From assembly GCA_965235115.1 (NCBI GenBank), contig OZ249436.1:28584001-28648000 (forward strand): a DNA stretch of 64,000 nt. The letters run 5' to 3'. Positions 54,001 to 61,895 of this stretch are shown here, in pieces; the first letter of the stretch is position 1, and every line of letters starts with the position of its first letter. Below the pieces are notes generated by a model. The model saw nothing but the letters and a program-made list of their open reading frames with translations, did not search any database and had not been told where the DNA came from. The DNA is from Laetmonice hystrix (taxonomy: Eukaryota). Both the position numbers and the translations under genes were made by a program.

Positions 54001-56778
54001 CGTAGACATAGAGATACACACATTGGTTTCGTCAGGCACCGCATGATTCACACATCAGGTTAACGTCAGAACGGTGGGTACTCGAACGTAGACATAGAGA
54101 TACACACATTGGTTTCGTCAGGCACCACATGATTCACACATCACGTCAGAACGTGGGTACCAGAACGTAGACATAGAGATACACACATTGGTTACCTGGC
54201 ACCACATGATTCACGCATCACGTCAGAACGGTGGGTACCAGAACGTAGACATAGAGATACACACATTGGTTACCTGGCACCGCATGATTCACGCATCACG
54301 TCAGAACGGTGGGTACCAGAACGTAGACATAGAGATACACACATTGGTTTCGTCAGGCACCGCATGATTCACGCATCACGTCAGAACGGTGGGTACCAGA
54401 ACGTAGACATAGAGATACACACATTGGTTTCATCAGTGCCTGGCACTGCATGATTCACGCATCACTTCAGAACGGTGGGTACCAGAACGTAGACATAGAG
54501 ATACACACATTGGTTTCGTCAGGCACCACATGATTCACACATCAGGTTAACGTCAGAACGGTGGGTACCAGAACGTAGACATAGAGATACACACATTGGT
54601 TTCGTCATTGCCTGGCACCGCATGATTCACGCATCACGTCAGAACGGTGGGTACCAGAAGGTAGACATAGAGATACACACATTGGTTTCGTCAGGCACCG
54701 CATGATTCACGCATCACGTCAGAACGGTGGGTACCAGAAGGTAGACATAGAGATACACACATTGGTTTCGTCAGGCACCACATGATTCACGCATCAGGTG
54801 AACGTCAGAACGGTGGGTACCAGAACGTAGACATAGAGATACACACATTGGTTTCGTCAGGCACCGCATGATTCACGCATCAGGTTAACGTCAGAACGGT
54901 GGGTACCAGAACGTAGACATAGACATACACACATTGGTTTCATCAGTGCCTGGCACCGCATGATTCGTGCGGCTTGTAGGAGGCCTTGCATGGGTCTTTT
55001 AAAGCTCTACTGGCGAAGTAATTTGAGGACATCTAATTTAATAGAAAGATAATGCATGACTTGCGATAGCACATACTTGACAGGATCCCTTGTTAACTAT
55101 ATAGTTTCTTTGTTTTAACAGAGTGGAGAATATGTCTTTAAGGATGGACGACATGAACCAGAAGGAAAATGCCATGAAGTTGTCGCTCCAGACTGTAGAC
55201 TACCGCTTGGCCAAACTGGAGGAGGTCGCCCTGCAGACGGCCGAATCTCTCTTTCTCCTCCAGCAACTAGTGACCTCCAGCCGAGTACTCCAGCACCAGA
55301 TGTCCTCGGACGTGGAGGCGGAGAGTTCTGGAGGAGAGAGCTCCACAAAGACAGAGGGGCAGAGTCCTCCGTTCGTGTTTCCCGGGGGGAGCGTGCCGCC
55401 GCAGGTTCCCAAGAAGTACCGGATGAACGAGGACCGGTTGCGGCCGTTTACCGACTACAGCCAGGCGGGTCAGCGCAAGCCGTTCTCCCGGGCCGTAACA
55501 CTGGGCGCCCCGCTCTCCGGACCCGACATGGTGCCGTCCAACTTCAGGGTGGCGCGCCAAACGTCCATGTTCACACGCCAGGCGTCTATATTCTCACCGC
55601 CGCCGCCAGAACCCAAACCCAAACCCAAAGCCTCTCAAAAGAGCCTAAGCGGGCCCCACTTGGGCTCCGAGTTGTACTATAGAAGGAGAAGCAAGGCCCT
55701 TTCAAGGTTGCGCAACCAGGGTTTAGTAACCAAAGCATTGAAGGAAGAGGAGGAACCCCATAGTAAAAAACGGGATTCACGGGTTACATTCAGTGACCCT
55801 CCATCCCAGGAGCAGAGTCCTTGCCAGCGTAAGGCCTTCTCACTGGATGCTGTAGACACGCTCATGGTGGAGCAGGACAAGCCGGCCGACCAGGCCAGGC
55901 CCGACAGTACGCCGGCCAGCGCCACCCCTGGCTACCCGGCCAAGGGGCCCGGCTCCCATGGGTTACATCTGGCCTCTCACATGCACATGCATCGCCAAAT
56001 ATCGTCTCCAACACCGCCAGTGTCAATACCTCCCCGGCGGCAGGCAACCCCCCCGTCTAGCCTACCGAACGTAGTGACCATGCCCAAGCCGGCCGGGCCG
56101 CCCGGCATGGCGCCCATCACACCCATAGTGACCCCCAATCGTTCCGACTATACCACCATCACCGACGAGATTGATACCTCCGGCGTTAACTACACGTCGC
56201 CCATTGGATCCCCGCAGACGCCGCGCCGTATCTTCTTCGGCATCGACGTCAACGTGGACCTGTACACGAAGAAAGGCAAGCCGCAGAAAACGGCCATCCG
56301 AACCGAGGCCGAGCAGCTGAAGAACGCTGAGGAAAGCGAGCATGCTGAATTGGAACTGGTGATCCGCAAGAGAATGCGACAGATCTCGCTGACGGAAAGC
56401 GACAGCATGAGTGATATTGCCAAACATATCGTCCAAGAACTGGAATGCAACCACGAGGAGAAGGTGGAGGAACCCGGTTACCATAGCGACGAGGGCGAGC
56501 CTTCCCATTGGCGGGAAGAGAAGGTCGCGTCGAGCATTGCCAAAGTGAACTCGGAACCTCTGTTGTCCAAGTTTGGCGAGGACGAAGAGAGGTGTACCGG
56601 AGGTGAAGCTGTCGTCGGCAGTGGTGGTAGGCCTCGGCTGAGTAGAGCCAAGACTCTGAGCGGCAGTCCCACGGACACCGACCCCCTCAGCCAGTCCACG
56701 CCGGCCGCCACCTTCTACTGGCCCGACAACAGCCCCAAGGCCAAGCCCAAGCTGTCCAAGAGGGAGACGAAATGTTGA
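11949..56778 (+). CDS. TRPM3: TRPM3-like transient receptor potential melastatin channel (TRPM1/3/6/7 clade, no kinase domain), 24 core coding exons, 5' start exon not located
   Basis: join(11949..12028,23588..23762,25673..25886,26425..26549,28745..28916,29404..29587,32224..32347,32749..32818,36396..36496,38576..38710,39053..39103,39528..39659,46022..46189,46498..46595,47116..47344,47754..47924,50723..50896,51240..51368,51563..51811,52159..52333,52572..52698,52997..53187,53333..53465,55122..56778) = 5064 nt, all GT-AG, phases consistent. Motifs: [90 protein letters not shown] box WKFQR. Symbol denotes the closest vertebrate paralog, not proven 1:1 orthology. Confidence 0.93.
12907..13062 (+). 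mobile_element. Truncated copy of the PIF/Harbinger-like MITE at 31265..31535, in the opposite orientation
   Basis: Near-identical to the reverse complement of 31389..31535; preceded by tta. Confidence 0.85.
13228..13360 (+). mobile_element. Possible 3' remnant of a LINE ORF2 (Rex-Babar/L2/CR1 group)
   Basis: Peptide SGYRF....[10 protein letters not shown] resembles the LINE C-terminal SFFP.AIRLLN motif. Confidence 0.35.
14170..14560 (-). mobile_element. Possible decayed LTR-retrotransposon (Gypsy-like) integrase fragment
   Basis: Peptide QPWERVLID....PVRTNGGNR resembles the rve entry motif P(F/W)ERV.ID..GPLP.T..GN. Confidence 0.35.
17426..17561. mobile_element. MITE of a ggccc...caaaacttaag TIR family; related copies at about 47471..47580, 48744..48851, 59211..59328
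   Basis: ctgggcccagttctttcaaaacttaagtccttgcttaaac pairs with gtttaaacaagaatttatgtttggaaaaagtgggaccag; similar ends at the other loci. Confidence 0.7.
23588..23762 (+). CDS. TRPM3: TRPM exon: CGCGRP...[30 protein letters not shown]
   Basis: ttttcag acceptor, cag|gtaact donor; MHR1 motif PTDAYG.IEFQGG. Confidence 0.93.
23728..24540 (+). repeat. Tandem array (48-bp unit, about 16 copies) made of the last 35 nt of exon 23588..23762 plus the first 13 nt of its intron
   Basis: Unit aattccagggtggcccccacccaaccaaggcccag|gtaactattaaac; further degenerate copies at about 25151..25220 and 25480..25560. Confidence 0.95.
24541..25150. mobile_element. About 610-bp non-autonomous DNA transposon inserted into the 48-bp array
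   Basis: Imperfect TIRs (ttcgccggttttccggcgaaccgttgaata / tgttcgacggttcgtggggaaacgcgacga); flanks rejoin as tattaaacaa|ttccagggtgg, one array unit. Confidence 0.7.
25222..25473. mobile_element. MITE of the ggcggatccag...ctggatcc family
   Basis: Ends aggcggatccagagggg and aaatcctggatcc; related to 27141..27456. Confidence 0.6.
25673..25886 (+). CDS. TRPM3: TRPM exon: [12 protein letters not shown]...[10 protein letters not shown]...[12 protein letters not shown] (MHR1/2, SLOG fold)
   Basis: ttccag acceptor, cag|gtgggc donor; strong TRPM motifs. Confidence 0.95.
26425..26549 (+). CDS. TRPM3: TRPM exon: VMRHVGDAL...[20 protein letters not shown]
   Basis: tgtgcag acceptor, gat|gtgagt donor; HVGDAL and IGIAPWG motifs. 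Confidence 0.95.
26584..26776. repeat. Minisatellite, 47-bp unit cacatggctgcacagacctccaacacccacagctgctgtgtggatgt, 4 copies
   Basis: Tandem copies starting about 35 nt after the donor at 26549. Confidence 0.95.
27141..27456. mobile_element. MITE with cagtggcgga / tccgtcagtg termini
   Basis: Terminal inverted repeats and G/C-run subterminal regions. Confidence 0.7.
28745..28916 (+). CDS. TRPM3: TRPM exon: TVTPY...[38 protein letters not shown]
   Basis: tttcag acceptor, a|gtaagc donor; [16 protein letters not shown] motif. Confidence 0.95.
29404..29587 (+). CDS. TRPM3: TRPM exon: [10 protein letters not shown]...[19 protein letters not shown]
   Basis: gacag acceptor, gg|gtacgt donor; conserved motif. 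Confidence 0.94.
31163..31705. mobile_element. Nested MITE complex: inner PIF/Harbinger-like MITE 31265..31535 (TAA flanks) inside MITE about 31186..31680, possibly inside a third element
   Basis: Three concentric pairs of inverted repeats; inner TIR about 50 bp (gtttccatagaggtcacgttttcacgtgtcacg), middle about 40 bp (tcacacgggggcgg.tttgaaggcggt.cagca), outer about 20 bp (tttttcaaa..ttaa). Confidence 0.8.
32224..32347 (+). CDS. TRPM3: TRPM exon: [41 protein letters not shown]
   Basis: tttag acceptor, ctt|gtaagt donor; resembles the corresponding TRPM3 helix region. Confidence 0.92.
32379..32593. mobile_element. Tc1/mariner-type MITE (tactgta...tacagta)
   Basis: TA-flanked inverted ends with internal ttcgcg / cgcgaaatt repeats. 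Confidence 0.6.
32749..32818 (+). CDS. TRPM3: TRPM exon: [24 protein letters not shown]
   Basis: ctccag acceptor, g|gtaagt donor; [12 protein letters not shown] motif. Confidence 0.94.
33408..33535. mobile_element. Short inverted-repeat element (MITE-like)
   Basis: tttgtctgacagtggccacaaacttgaa pairs with ttcatatttgtgaccactgccaaaccaaa. Confidence 0.55.
36396..36496 (+). CDS. TRPM3: TRPM exon: [33 protein letters not shown]
   Basis: tttcag acceptor, ccg|gtaaga donor; WNRVDIARS motif. Confidence 0.95.
37200..37520 (-). mobile_element. Possible decayed pogo-like DDE transposase fragment
   Basis: Minus strand gives NDETG followed, after a frameshift, by [11 protein letters not shown], resembling the pogo N.DETG..LEHK motif; heavily degraded. 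Confidence 0.3.
37787..37845. repeat. (TAG)n microsatellite, interrupted
   Basis: gtagtagtag runs. Confidence 0.9.
38576..38710 (+). CDS. TRPM3: TRPM exon: [45 protein letters not shown]
   Basis: ttttag acceptor, att|gtaagt donor; [13 protein letters not shown] motif. Confidence 0.95.
39053..39103 (+). CDS. TRPM3: TRPM short exon: [17 protein letters not shown]
   Basis: ttccag acceptor, aag|gtaaaa donor, phase 0/0; occupies the position of the TRPM3/7 'TL..LVRDVK' segment. Confidence 0.85.
39528..39659 (+). CDS. TRPM3: TRPM exon: [44 protein letters not shown]
   Basis: accag acceptor, aag|gtatgc donor; NLPP.Y and LMGGAYR motifs. Confidence 0.94.
40603..40812 (+). CDS. Candidate cassette exon (70 aa, Ser/Pro/Gly-rich: [25 protein letters not shown]...HLCPQ)
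   Basis: Pyrimidine-rich acceptor (ctttgctttctttgactgcactcag), cag|gttcga donor, 210 nt, stop-free in phase 0 matching both flanking exons; no homology recognised. Confidence 0.6.
42219..42257 (+). CDS. Candidate 39-nt micro-exon ([13 protein letters not shown])
   Basis: ttctctgtttgacag acceptor, atg|gtagta donor (weak), phase 0/0, no stop. Confidence 0.35.
43027..43050 (+). CDS. Candidate 24-nt micro-exon (SASQVAAQ)
   Basis: About 125 nt AG-free, TGC-rich upstream zone with gctaac branch-like motif; strong cag|gtatgt donor; phase 0/0. Confidence 0.55.
44182..44220 (+). CDS. Candidate 39-nt micro-exon ([13 protein letters not shown])
   Basis: Pyrimidine-rich acceptor ...ttttcctcggtggccctcag, gtg|gtaggt donor, phase 0/0, no stop. 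Confidence 0.45.
46022..46189 (+). CDS. TRPM3: TRPM exon: ...[34 protein letters not shown] (MHR4)
   Basis: ttcttcag acceptor, aag|gtaaat donor; highly conserved motif. Confidence 0.95.
46498..46595 (+). CDS. TRPM3: TRPM exon: [33 protein letters not shown]
   Basis: cgtag acceptor, ag|gtcagc donor; ALVA.KLY motif. Confidence 0.92.
47116..47344 (+). CDS. TRPM3: TRPM exon: [15 protein letters not shown]...[19 protein letters not shown]...[21 protein letters not shown]
   Basis: ccgcag acceptor, aag|gttaga donor; conserved motifs. Confidence 0.95.
47754..47924 (+). CDS. TRPM3: TRPM exon: [32 protein letters not shown]... (pre-S1)
   Basis: ttttcag acceptor; [14 protein letters not shown] resembles invertebrate Trpm; donor gtg|gtgggt chosen for phase 0, so the 3' edge is less certain. 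Confidence 0.88.
48077..48112 (+). CDS. Candidate 36-nt micro-exon ([12 protein letters not shown])
   Basis: ttcctttatag acceptor, atg|gttagt donor, phase 0/0 compatible with 47924 and 50723. Confidence 0.4.
49900..50752 (+). repeat. Tandem array (70-bp and 56-bp units, about 13 copies) made of the intron 3' end plus the first about 30 nt of exon 50723..50896
   Basis: Unit ...gagtcagccattgcatctttgatt(c/t)ag|tccccaaatgtgggcatagagagtctgctg; unit starts at 50135, 50205, 50275, 50331, 50401, 50457, 50527, 50583, 50653, 50723. Confidence 0.95.
50723..50896 (+). CDS. TRPM3: TRPM exon: [13 protein letters not shown]...[22 protein letters not shown]
   Basis: KIYEFY.AP..KFW motif, acg|gtcagt donor; the acceptor is the last unit of a tandem array. 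Confidence 0.9.
51240..51368 (+). CDS. TRPM3: TRPM exon: S1-S2 ([16 protein letters not shown]...[22 protein letters not shown])
   Basis: ttatag acceptor, gag|gtaacc donor; hydrophobic helices, PS.QE and IEKMRE motifs. Confidence 0.94.
51563..51811 (+). CDS. TRPM3: TRPM exon: S3-S4 (IIASEPKKL...[36 protein letters not shown])
   Basis: ttgcag acceptor, atg|gtaagc donor; S4 and S4-S5 linker strongly TRPM3-like. Confidence 0.96.
52159..52333 (+). CDS. TRPM3: TRPM exon: S5, pore helix and selectivity filter ([16 protein letters not shown])
   Basis: taccag acceptor, c|gtgagt donor; YGEV filter motif. Confidence 0.96.
52572..52698 (+). CDS. TRPM3: TRPM exon: outer pore loop and S6 (PPCG...[32 protein letters not shown])
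   Basis: ttttag acceptor, aa|gttcgt donor; S6 motif NLLIAVF. Confidence 0.95.
52997..53187 (+). CDS. TRPM3: TRPM exon: TRP domain (NTF...VWKFQRY...[10 protein letters not shown]...DNGL)
   Basis: ttgcag acceptor, a|gtgagt donor; TRP box WKFQR and LPPP. Confidence 0.96.
53333..53465 (+). CDS. TRPM3: TRPM exon: [28 protein letters not shown]...[10 protein letters not shown]
   Basis: ccacag acceptor, cg|gtgggt donor; HDFEE.C.E.YFREK motif. Confidence 0.95.
53444..54966 (+). repeat. Tandem array (about 78-92-bp unit, about 18 copies) made of the last about 20 nt of exon 53333..53465 plus the intron start
   Basis: Unit catcaggttaacgtcagaacg|gtgggtaccagaacgtagacatagagatacacacattggtttcgtcaggcaccgcatgattcaca; fills about 90% of the intron. 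Confidence 0.96.
55122..56778 (+). CDS. TRPM3: TRPM terminal coding exon: tetramerisation coiled coil plus about 500-aa low-complexity tail
   Basis: tttaacag acceptor; RVENMS.R...SLQTVD.RLA.LE coiled-coil motif; 551-aa ORF ending TGA. Confidence 0.93.
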
Positions 56779-59700
56779 GGGTCGTTAGACGTAGGATATT
56801 AGAAAGTGATACTTATCGTAGGGGATGAAGTACCTCAAGAGTGGAGAATCCAAGCAGGTCCCTAGTAACAACGTCTTTGTCGATGTTGATTGTAGACAGA
56901 GCAAGTAAACCGGCCAGGAGCTCTAGACCAAGCTCAATACAAAACCCTTGATGTACAGATCCCATAGTTACAAACACAGATTACTGAGTACAATAGACAT
57001 TAGAGACACGATAGGAGAACAAAAACATGATGTAATACACCGACCAACTATCGTGTGTAGAATACACCTTATACCCAGGACAGCTCAATTAGACGCTTTT
57101 TTCTCACAGAGTCGCCATGTTTAAGATCACTGTTAAAGAAATCATGGCTTGGGCGTGCACGTCTTCGTATACGGACTGATCTCAAAACAAAACAGAAATG
57201 CAATCCAGTGTTTGCCAAGTACTTTACTGTTACATGTTTAGGATGGCCATATGTACCCATTTTAATGTGATAGGTAGCATGGAGTCGAGGAACGTGCTAT
57301 TATTATACATGTCCACACAAATGAAAATGTTTTGGAATGGTGTATATATACTGCAAAGAAGGATTTGCAAATTGGTCGTTTTAATTTATTATCGCGGGAC
57401 CGCCGAATGGTGGTAGGGATACCGGTGTAGCAGCTGAGACCGACTTGGCATTGAACGGGTATTGTCGTTAATATCTACAAATGTAACTCGACCTGTACCA
57501 CCCCCAGATTACGGGTCCCGTGGAACATAGAAGATTCTGGGTGGTCCGGCATGTGACCGCGAGTCGTGTCTCGTACAAAGAATATTCATGTTTTATCGAC
57601 TATGCATTTTTTTCTTCAAACCAGACATTGACTTCAGTTTAAATCATGACAGCCTACCAAAAAAATAAGCTGGGTTTCATACTCGTGCAACTGAATTGTG
57701 AAGCAATAGATTTGAAAATCATCTCGCAATATAATTTTACTAAGGTTATAATCAGGTGTTTGATACTAGTCGTCGTACAATAAATTGTATACCCACAGCT
57801 TGATCTACGGAAAGTAAAGATTGACGTCAAAAGACAATGTTCTTCAGGGGACAGGTATGGAACGCGTGTCCACACAAACAGGTGGCATTGTTTGTACATA
57901 GTTTGTTGGTTCCATATGATTATCATTATTATTACTGGTAACTATTGGTGTACAGAAGACAGAGAGACAGCCGACCTGGTCAGTGTATGATAAACCCTAT
58001 CACATCCAGCAATTCAGCTGTAGCATAGTGTACATTATGCTATGGCCCAGGCAGTATGAAATGCAAAATTATTGTAAAATATCGATGTTGTTCAGTACCA
58101 AGTTTATGTAACGGGCGGCATTCAGCCTACAGTAAATGGTACATATCGTTAAGGCGAGATCAATCATGGTGGGAGATGTCGAAGGACATCAGTAACAACT
58201 GTCTTAACTTTCATGGCGACCCACCGCCTAAAAATGTTTTTTTTAATGACTGTAATAAATGGATCAATTCAGCTGCTGGGCCAAGGCACAGAAAAGGTTA
58301 GTCTTTGTCGTGTCACTCGGAATATAAACATGTAGGGCCCAGTTCCTATATTGAGAGACGTGCAAGCAGTCATGTCATTAGATTTAAAGGATGACTACAT
58401 CATGAATATTACTTAAAATGGTATATATTTTGACAGTGAAACAAAAACTGAAGTGAATGTCATAAAAGGTTCACAGGTTATAGCAAACTTTCCGGTTTTC
58501 AAGCTTCAAGATGTCTTGAGGGGATTAACGGCAGTGGCTTTTCTATTCACCGGAACTGTCCTTGATGGAGAAAACATTTTGTTCACCTTTCTTTTATAGA
58601 AGCTGGGCCCAAGAGACGTGTTCAAACCACCTTTTATGAGCCTTGAAGTATATAATTTATATGAGAACATTTTCTCACTGTGATGCATAGTAATACTGAG
58701 GCCGAAGTGTAGAGCCTCATGGTGGTCGTCACCCGCCCGGTGTAGAAGGCATGACAAGGTGTTCCCAGTCCATCAGATCGTTTGTAGAATTTGCTTCACA
58801 ATACGCATGTAATCTTTAAAAACGTAACGAGTGCTGTCGGATAACAGTTGACAACCATCATCAGAAGGTGTAGGTTTTGAATATTTCAACGTTCTGGTGT
58901 CGAAATGATTAAGTTAAATGTAAATTCTATGGAAAGATTTACGACTGGTGATATGGAATAGGAAACCGAGAGTATTTTCCAAGCATGTGTTAACAATATT
59001 ATTGGGACGCACAACGAACTGTTACCGGTCAAGACTCTACCTAACGAGTAAAACACCCTTAAATCATTTCCCGTTATTCATTCCCCAAACCCTGTCAAAA
59101 AAAAACCAAATTGCATGTTTTAGGCCTTATTGCCTCCTTTGTATGATCTATTACCTATATTGTCTCCCTATTATCGCATACTTTGTATTGGATTGGATAT
59201 AACAAAGCATGGGGGTCTACTGGGTTTGCTTAAGTTCTTGCTTAAAGCACATAACGATTTTGATTGGCAAGTCAAAGCAGACCAGCTTAACGTTAAAGGT
59301 TAAGATTAAGCAAAAAGGACCGGGCCTACTGGTGAATTGGTTTTGGAATGTGCCGGTTGAGGCGATCTCATGTTGTTGATCTTATACGGGCCTGGTGAAG
59401 ATATAGCCCGATCATACATGTATACATACCTGTATATAATTTATTTGCGACTGACAGATGTGTGATATCATATCAGTTATACCGTCGTGTGTAGGAAGCG
59501 TTATGAGTGAAGGCCGAGGGTGTGTCGAATCATGGGTGAAACTCTCTTCAGATGGTGAGAAGATTTCGTGTCGCATTACATTAGAATAGTTCTGAAATAT
59601 TCCTACATACTAGGCAGATCGGGCGAAGGCTGAGATGTGAGACTAATTAAAGATTCTCAGTTGAAGACAGAATTGGAATGATCACCAATACGCGTAAAAT

Positions 59701-61109
59701 ATTTTTTTACAAAGATGAATTGGAAAATCTCGCACTTTGAAAGCAATTGGTTCGTCACTCTGGCCTATATCTTACAAAATTTCTGGATCTGCCCTTGGCC
59801 CACCTTTAGTTTCTCAACGTGATTTGGTTTTGATGAACCCAAAGTTCTAACAACTGTCGGCTACATCTTGATTGACGTTGCTGCCCGTGGTTCATGTGTA
59901 TCCCCCTGGAGCGCCGGGAATCAAAACTAGACTCCACTAATGGCTGACCACGGCCGCGTTGGGGGGTAGAACTCTAAGAGCCGCATTGCATTTGGTGCGC
60001 GCCTTGCCGACCCCGAACCGTCTCCAGACCAGCAACTCATCCCCGAGGAGCCCGCAGTGAATGAGCATCAATCCTTCCGCCGAGGCCAGTCCGACCCTGA
60101 GGGGCAATTCGATCCATATCCGATTACACAATGGCAGGCGTTGAGACGCGAGCCCTGCAGCACGGCAGGTAGTAATCCACCTCCTGGACAGCGCCGCCGC
60201 CGCGAGCTACAGCCCTGATCAAGATGTCGGTAAAGTAGAAAATACAATCAACCAGCTATTGGATGTACTAACATGTATAGCGTGTACGAATGTACCTCGA
60301 GAGAATGGCTCCTGTGGGTGGAGCCATGTTAAGTAGTATGTAGGCTGGCATTGAGGTGTGTAATTATTAGGTTAATTTGAATAATATTGGCTGTGAATGA
60401 ATGAACTGCAGAAGTTGGAAGTGATAGATTCCGAGTGGTAACCATGGCTAAACGTCCTTCCTCCCATTCCCATTTGGTGTCATTCTGAACACACCTTGGG
60501 CTCCTCATCATACCGCCCATACATCGTACCGCAATAAATTAATCAGTAATAACACCGTTATAAAAGGTCCTTTGCTTAATTCGGTGCTCTTTTTTTCAGA
60601 CGGGCAAGGTTCTATTTTTATTTATCTTTTTTTTTCTGCTTCGGGAAGGAGGTTCTGAACTCGATCTGCTAAGATGTAAGAAGTATGTAATAAGGGAAAG
60701 GAGAGGGGGGGTTAGGTAGCGCGGTCCACGGAAACCCTCTAACAGTCCATGCACATCTGTCCAACAGTCTGGCTGGGGCCACGCCCGCTCGCCAGGCCGC
60801 TGTCTGGTAAACGCCTTGTAATAATACCGCCCCTATTTTCCTAAATGTCCCGTGATGGTCTTTAATAAACAACAGCTCTGTCCAGTCAGACACTCAACAT
60901 TTGCCTCAGTGTATAAGAAAATTAATAGTAGTTCTTTGTCCGGAATGTGAATTAGGGCCAGAAAGTACCGTATCATACCAGGTTGTGGACAGAGGGTAGA
61001 TTGGGGAAGCCATTACGATGTAGAGACGGCTATGAAAAATAAAATGTTACCTATAATAATATACCATGTTGGTGTTGTATTTTTCTCTTCGTTTGAATTT
61101 GAGTTCTGC

Positions 61110-61895
61110 GACTATAAATCCCAGGCAATCTTATAAAATCTTATAAAAGTCCTGCCACAAGTCCTGGGTGGTCATGGGTAGTACTAGTCCTCCATAATTC
61201 TCCATAATCGCACGACCAAATTCCATCGCAGGGAGGTTGTTGATCATGTGCAACAACCTCCCTGCGACTGAAGTTGTCTCAGTCTGTCGCAACCTAGTCG
61301 TCAGTTGTCGTGCGATGGTCGTGTGATGGTTTGGGGACAAATCTCTGGTGGTCCTTCATTGTCGTAGGAAACTGTTGTCGTAGGACAACCGCACGACTGT
61401 CCCCCACCACTGGCACGACCTGTCGTGCGACCAGACCTGATTGGAAGACAAGTCGTGCAACTGGAGTACAAGTCGTATGACTACCTGTGAGTTGTCCTGC
61501 GCTGTTTCAGCCACTGGCCAAGACTAATCAGCGGGGTATATAGGGGCCTCAGTCTGCAGGCATGTCAGCATCCACCTCGGGTGCAGCCCTGCTCCACAGT
61601 GCACCCCACGGTCGCGGGCAGTCTCTCTCAGTCCCACGAGCAGTCACAGGAGGTCGTGGCCAGTTGTGCGACAGGGCCTTATCACTCGTACGTGGTCCTG
61701 GGTAATCGTGCCGGAGTCGGGCGATTAGTGGTGCTATCAGTCGTAACAGGCTTTCTACAGGTCTCACGACAGGTCTTACAATGTGACCGGTACTTTCAAA
61801 TCGCAAAAAAATATGGACGACTACCCACGACCAGCCCTAGTCGCACGAATGAACTGATCGCAGGGAATCGCAGGCCCTAGTGGGACCTAGGCTTT
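61110..61895. mobile_element. Probable non-autonomous DNA transposon (tcgt/cgac-rich), one Harbinger-like end
   Basis: Dense cgacc/gtcgt motifs ending agtgggacctaggcttta; matching left TIR not found. Confidence 0.45.

Noticed and set aside
53444..54966. CRISPR-like appearance of regularly spaced repeats (also 23728..24540 and 49900..50752)
   Set aside because: No unique spacers, units are contiguous tandem copies, no cas genes, and the context is a spliceosomal eukaryotic gene.
55115..56711. Multiple minus-strand ORFs overlapping the terminal exon
   Set aside because: Antisense shadows of a GC-rich coding exon with no recognisable motifs.
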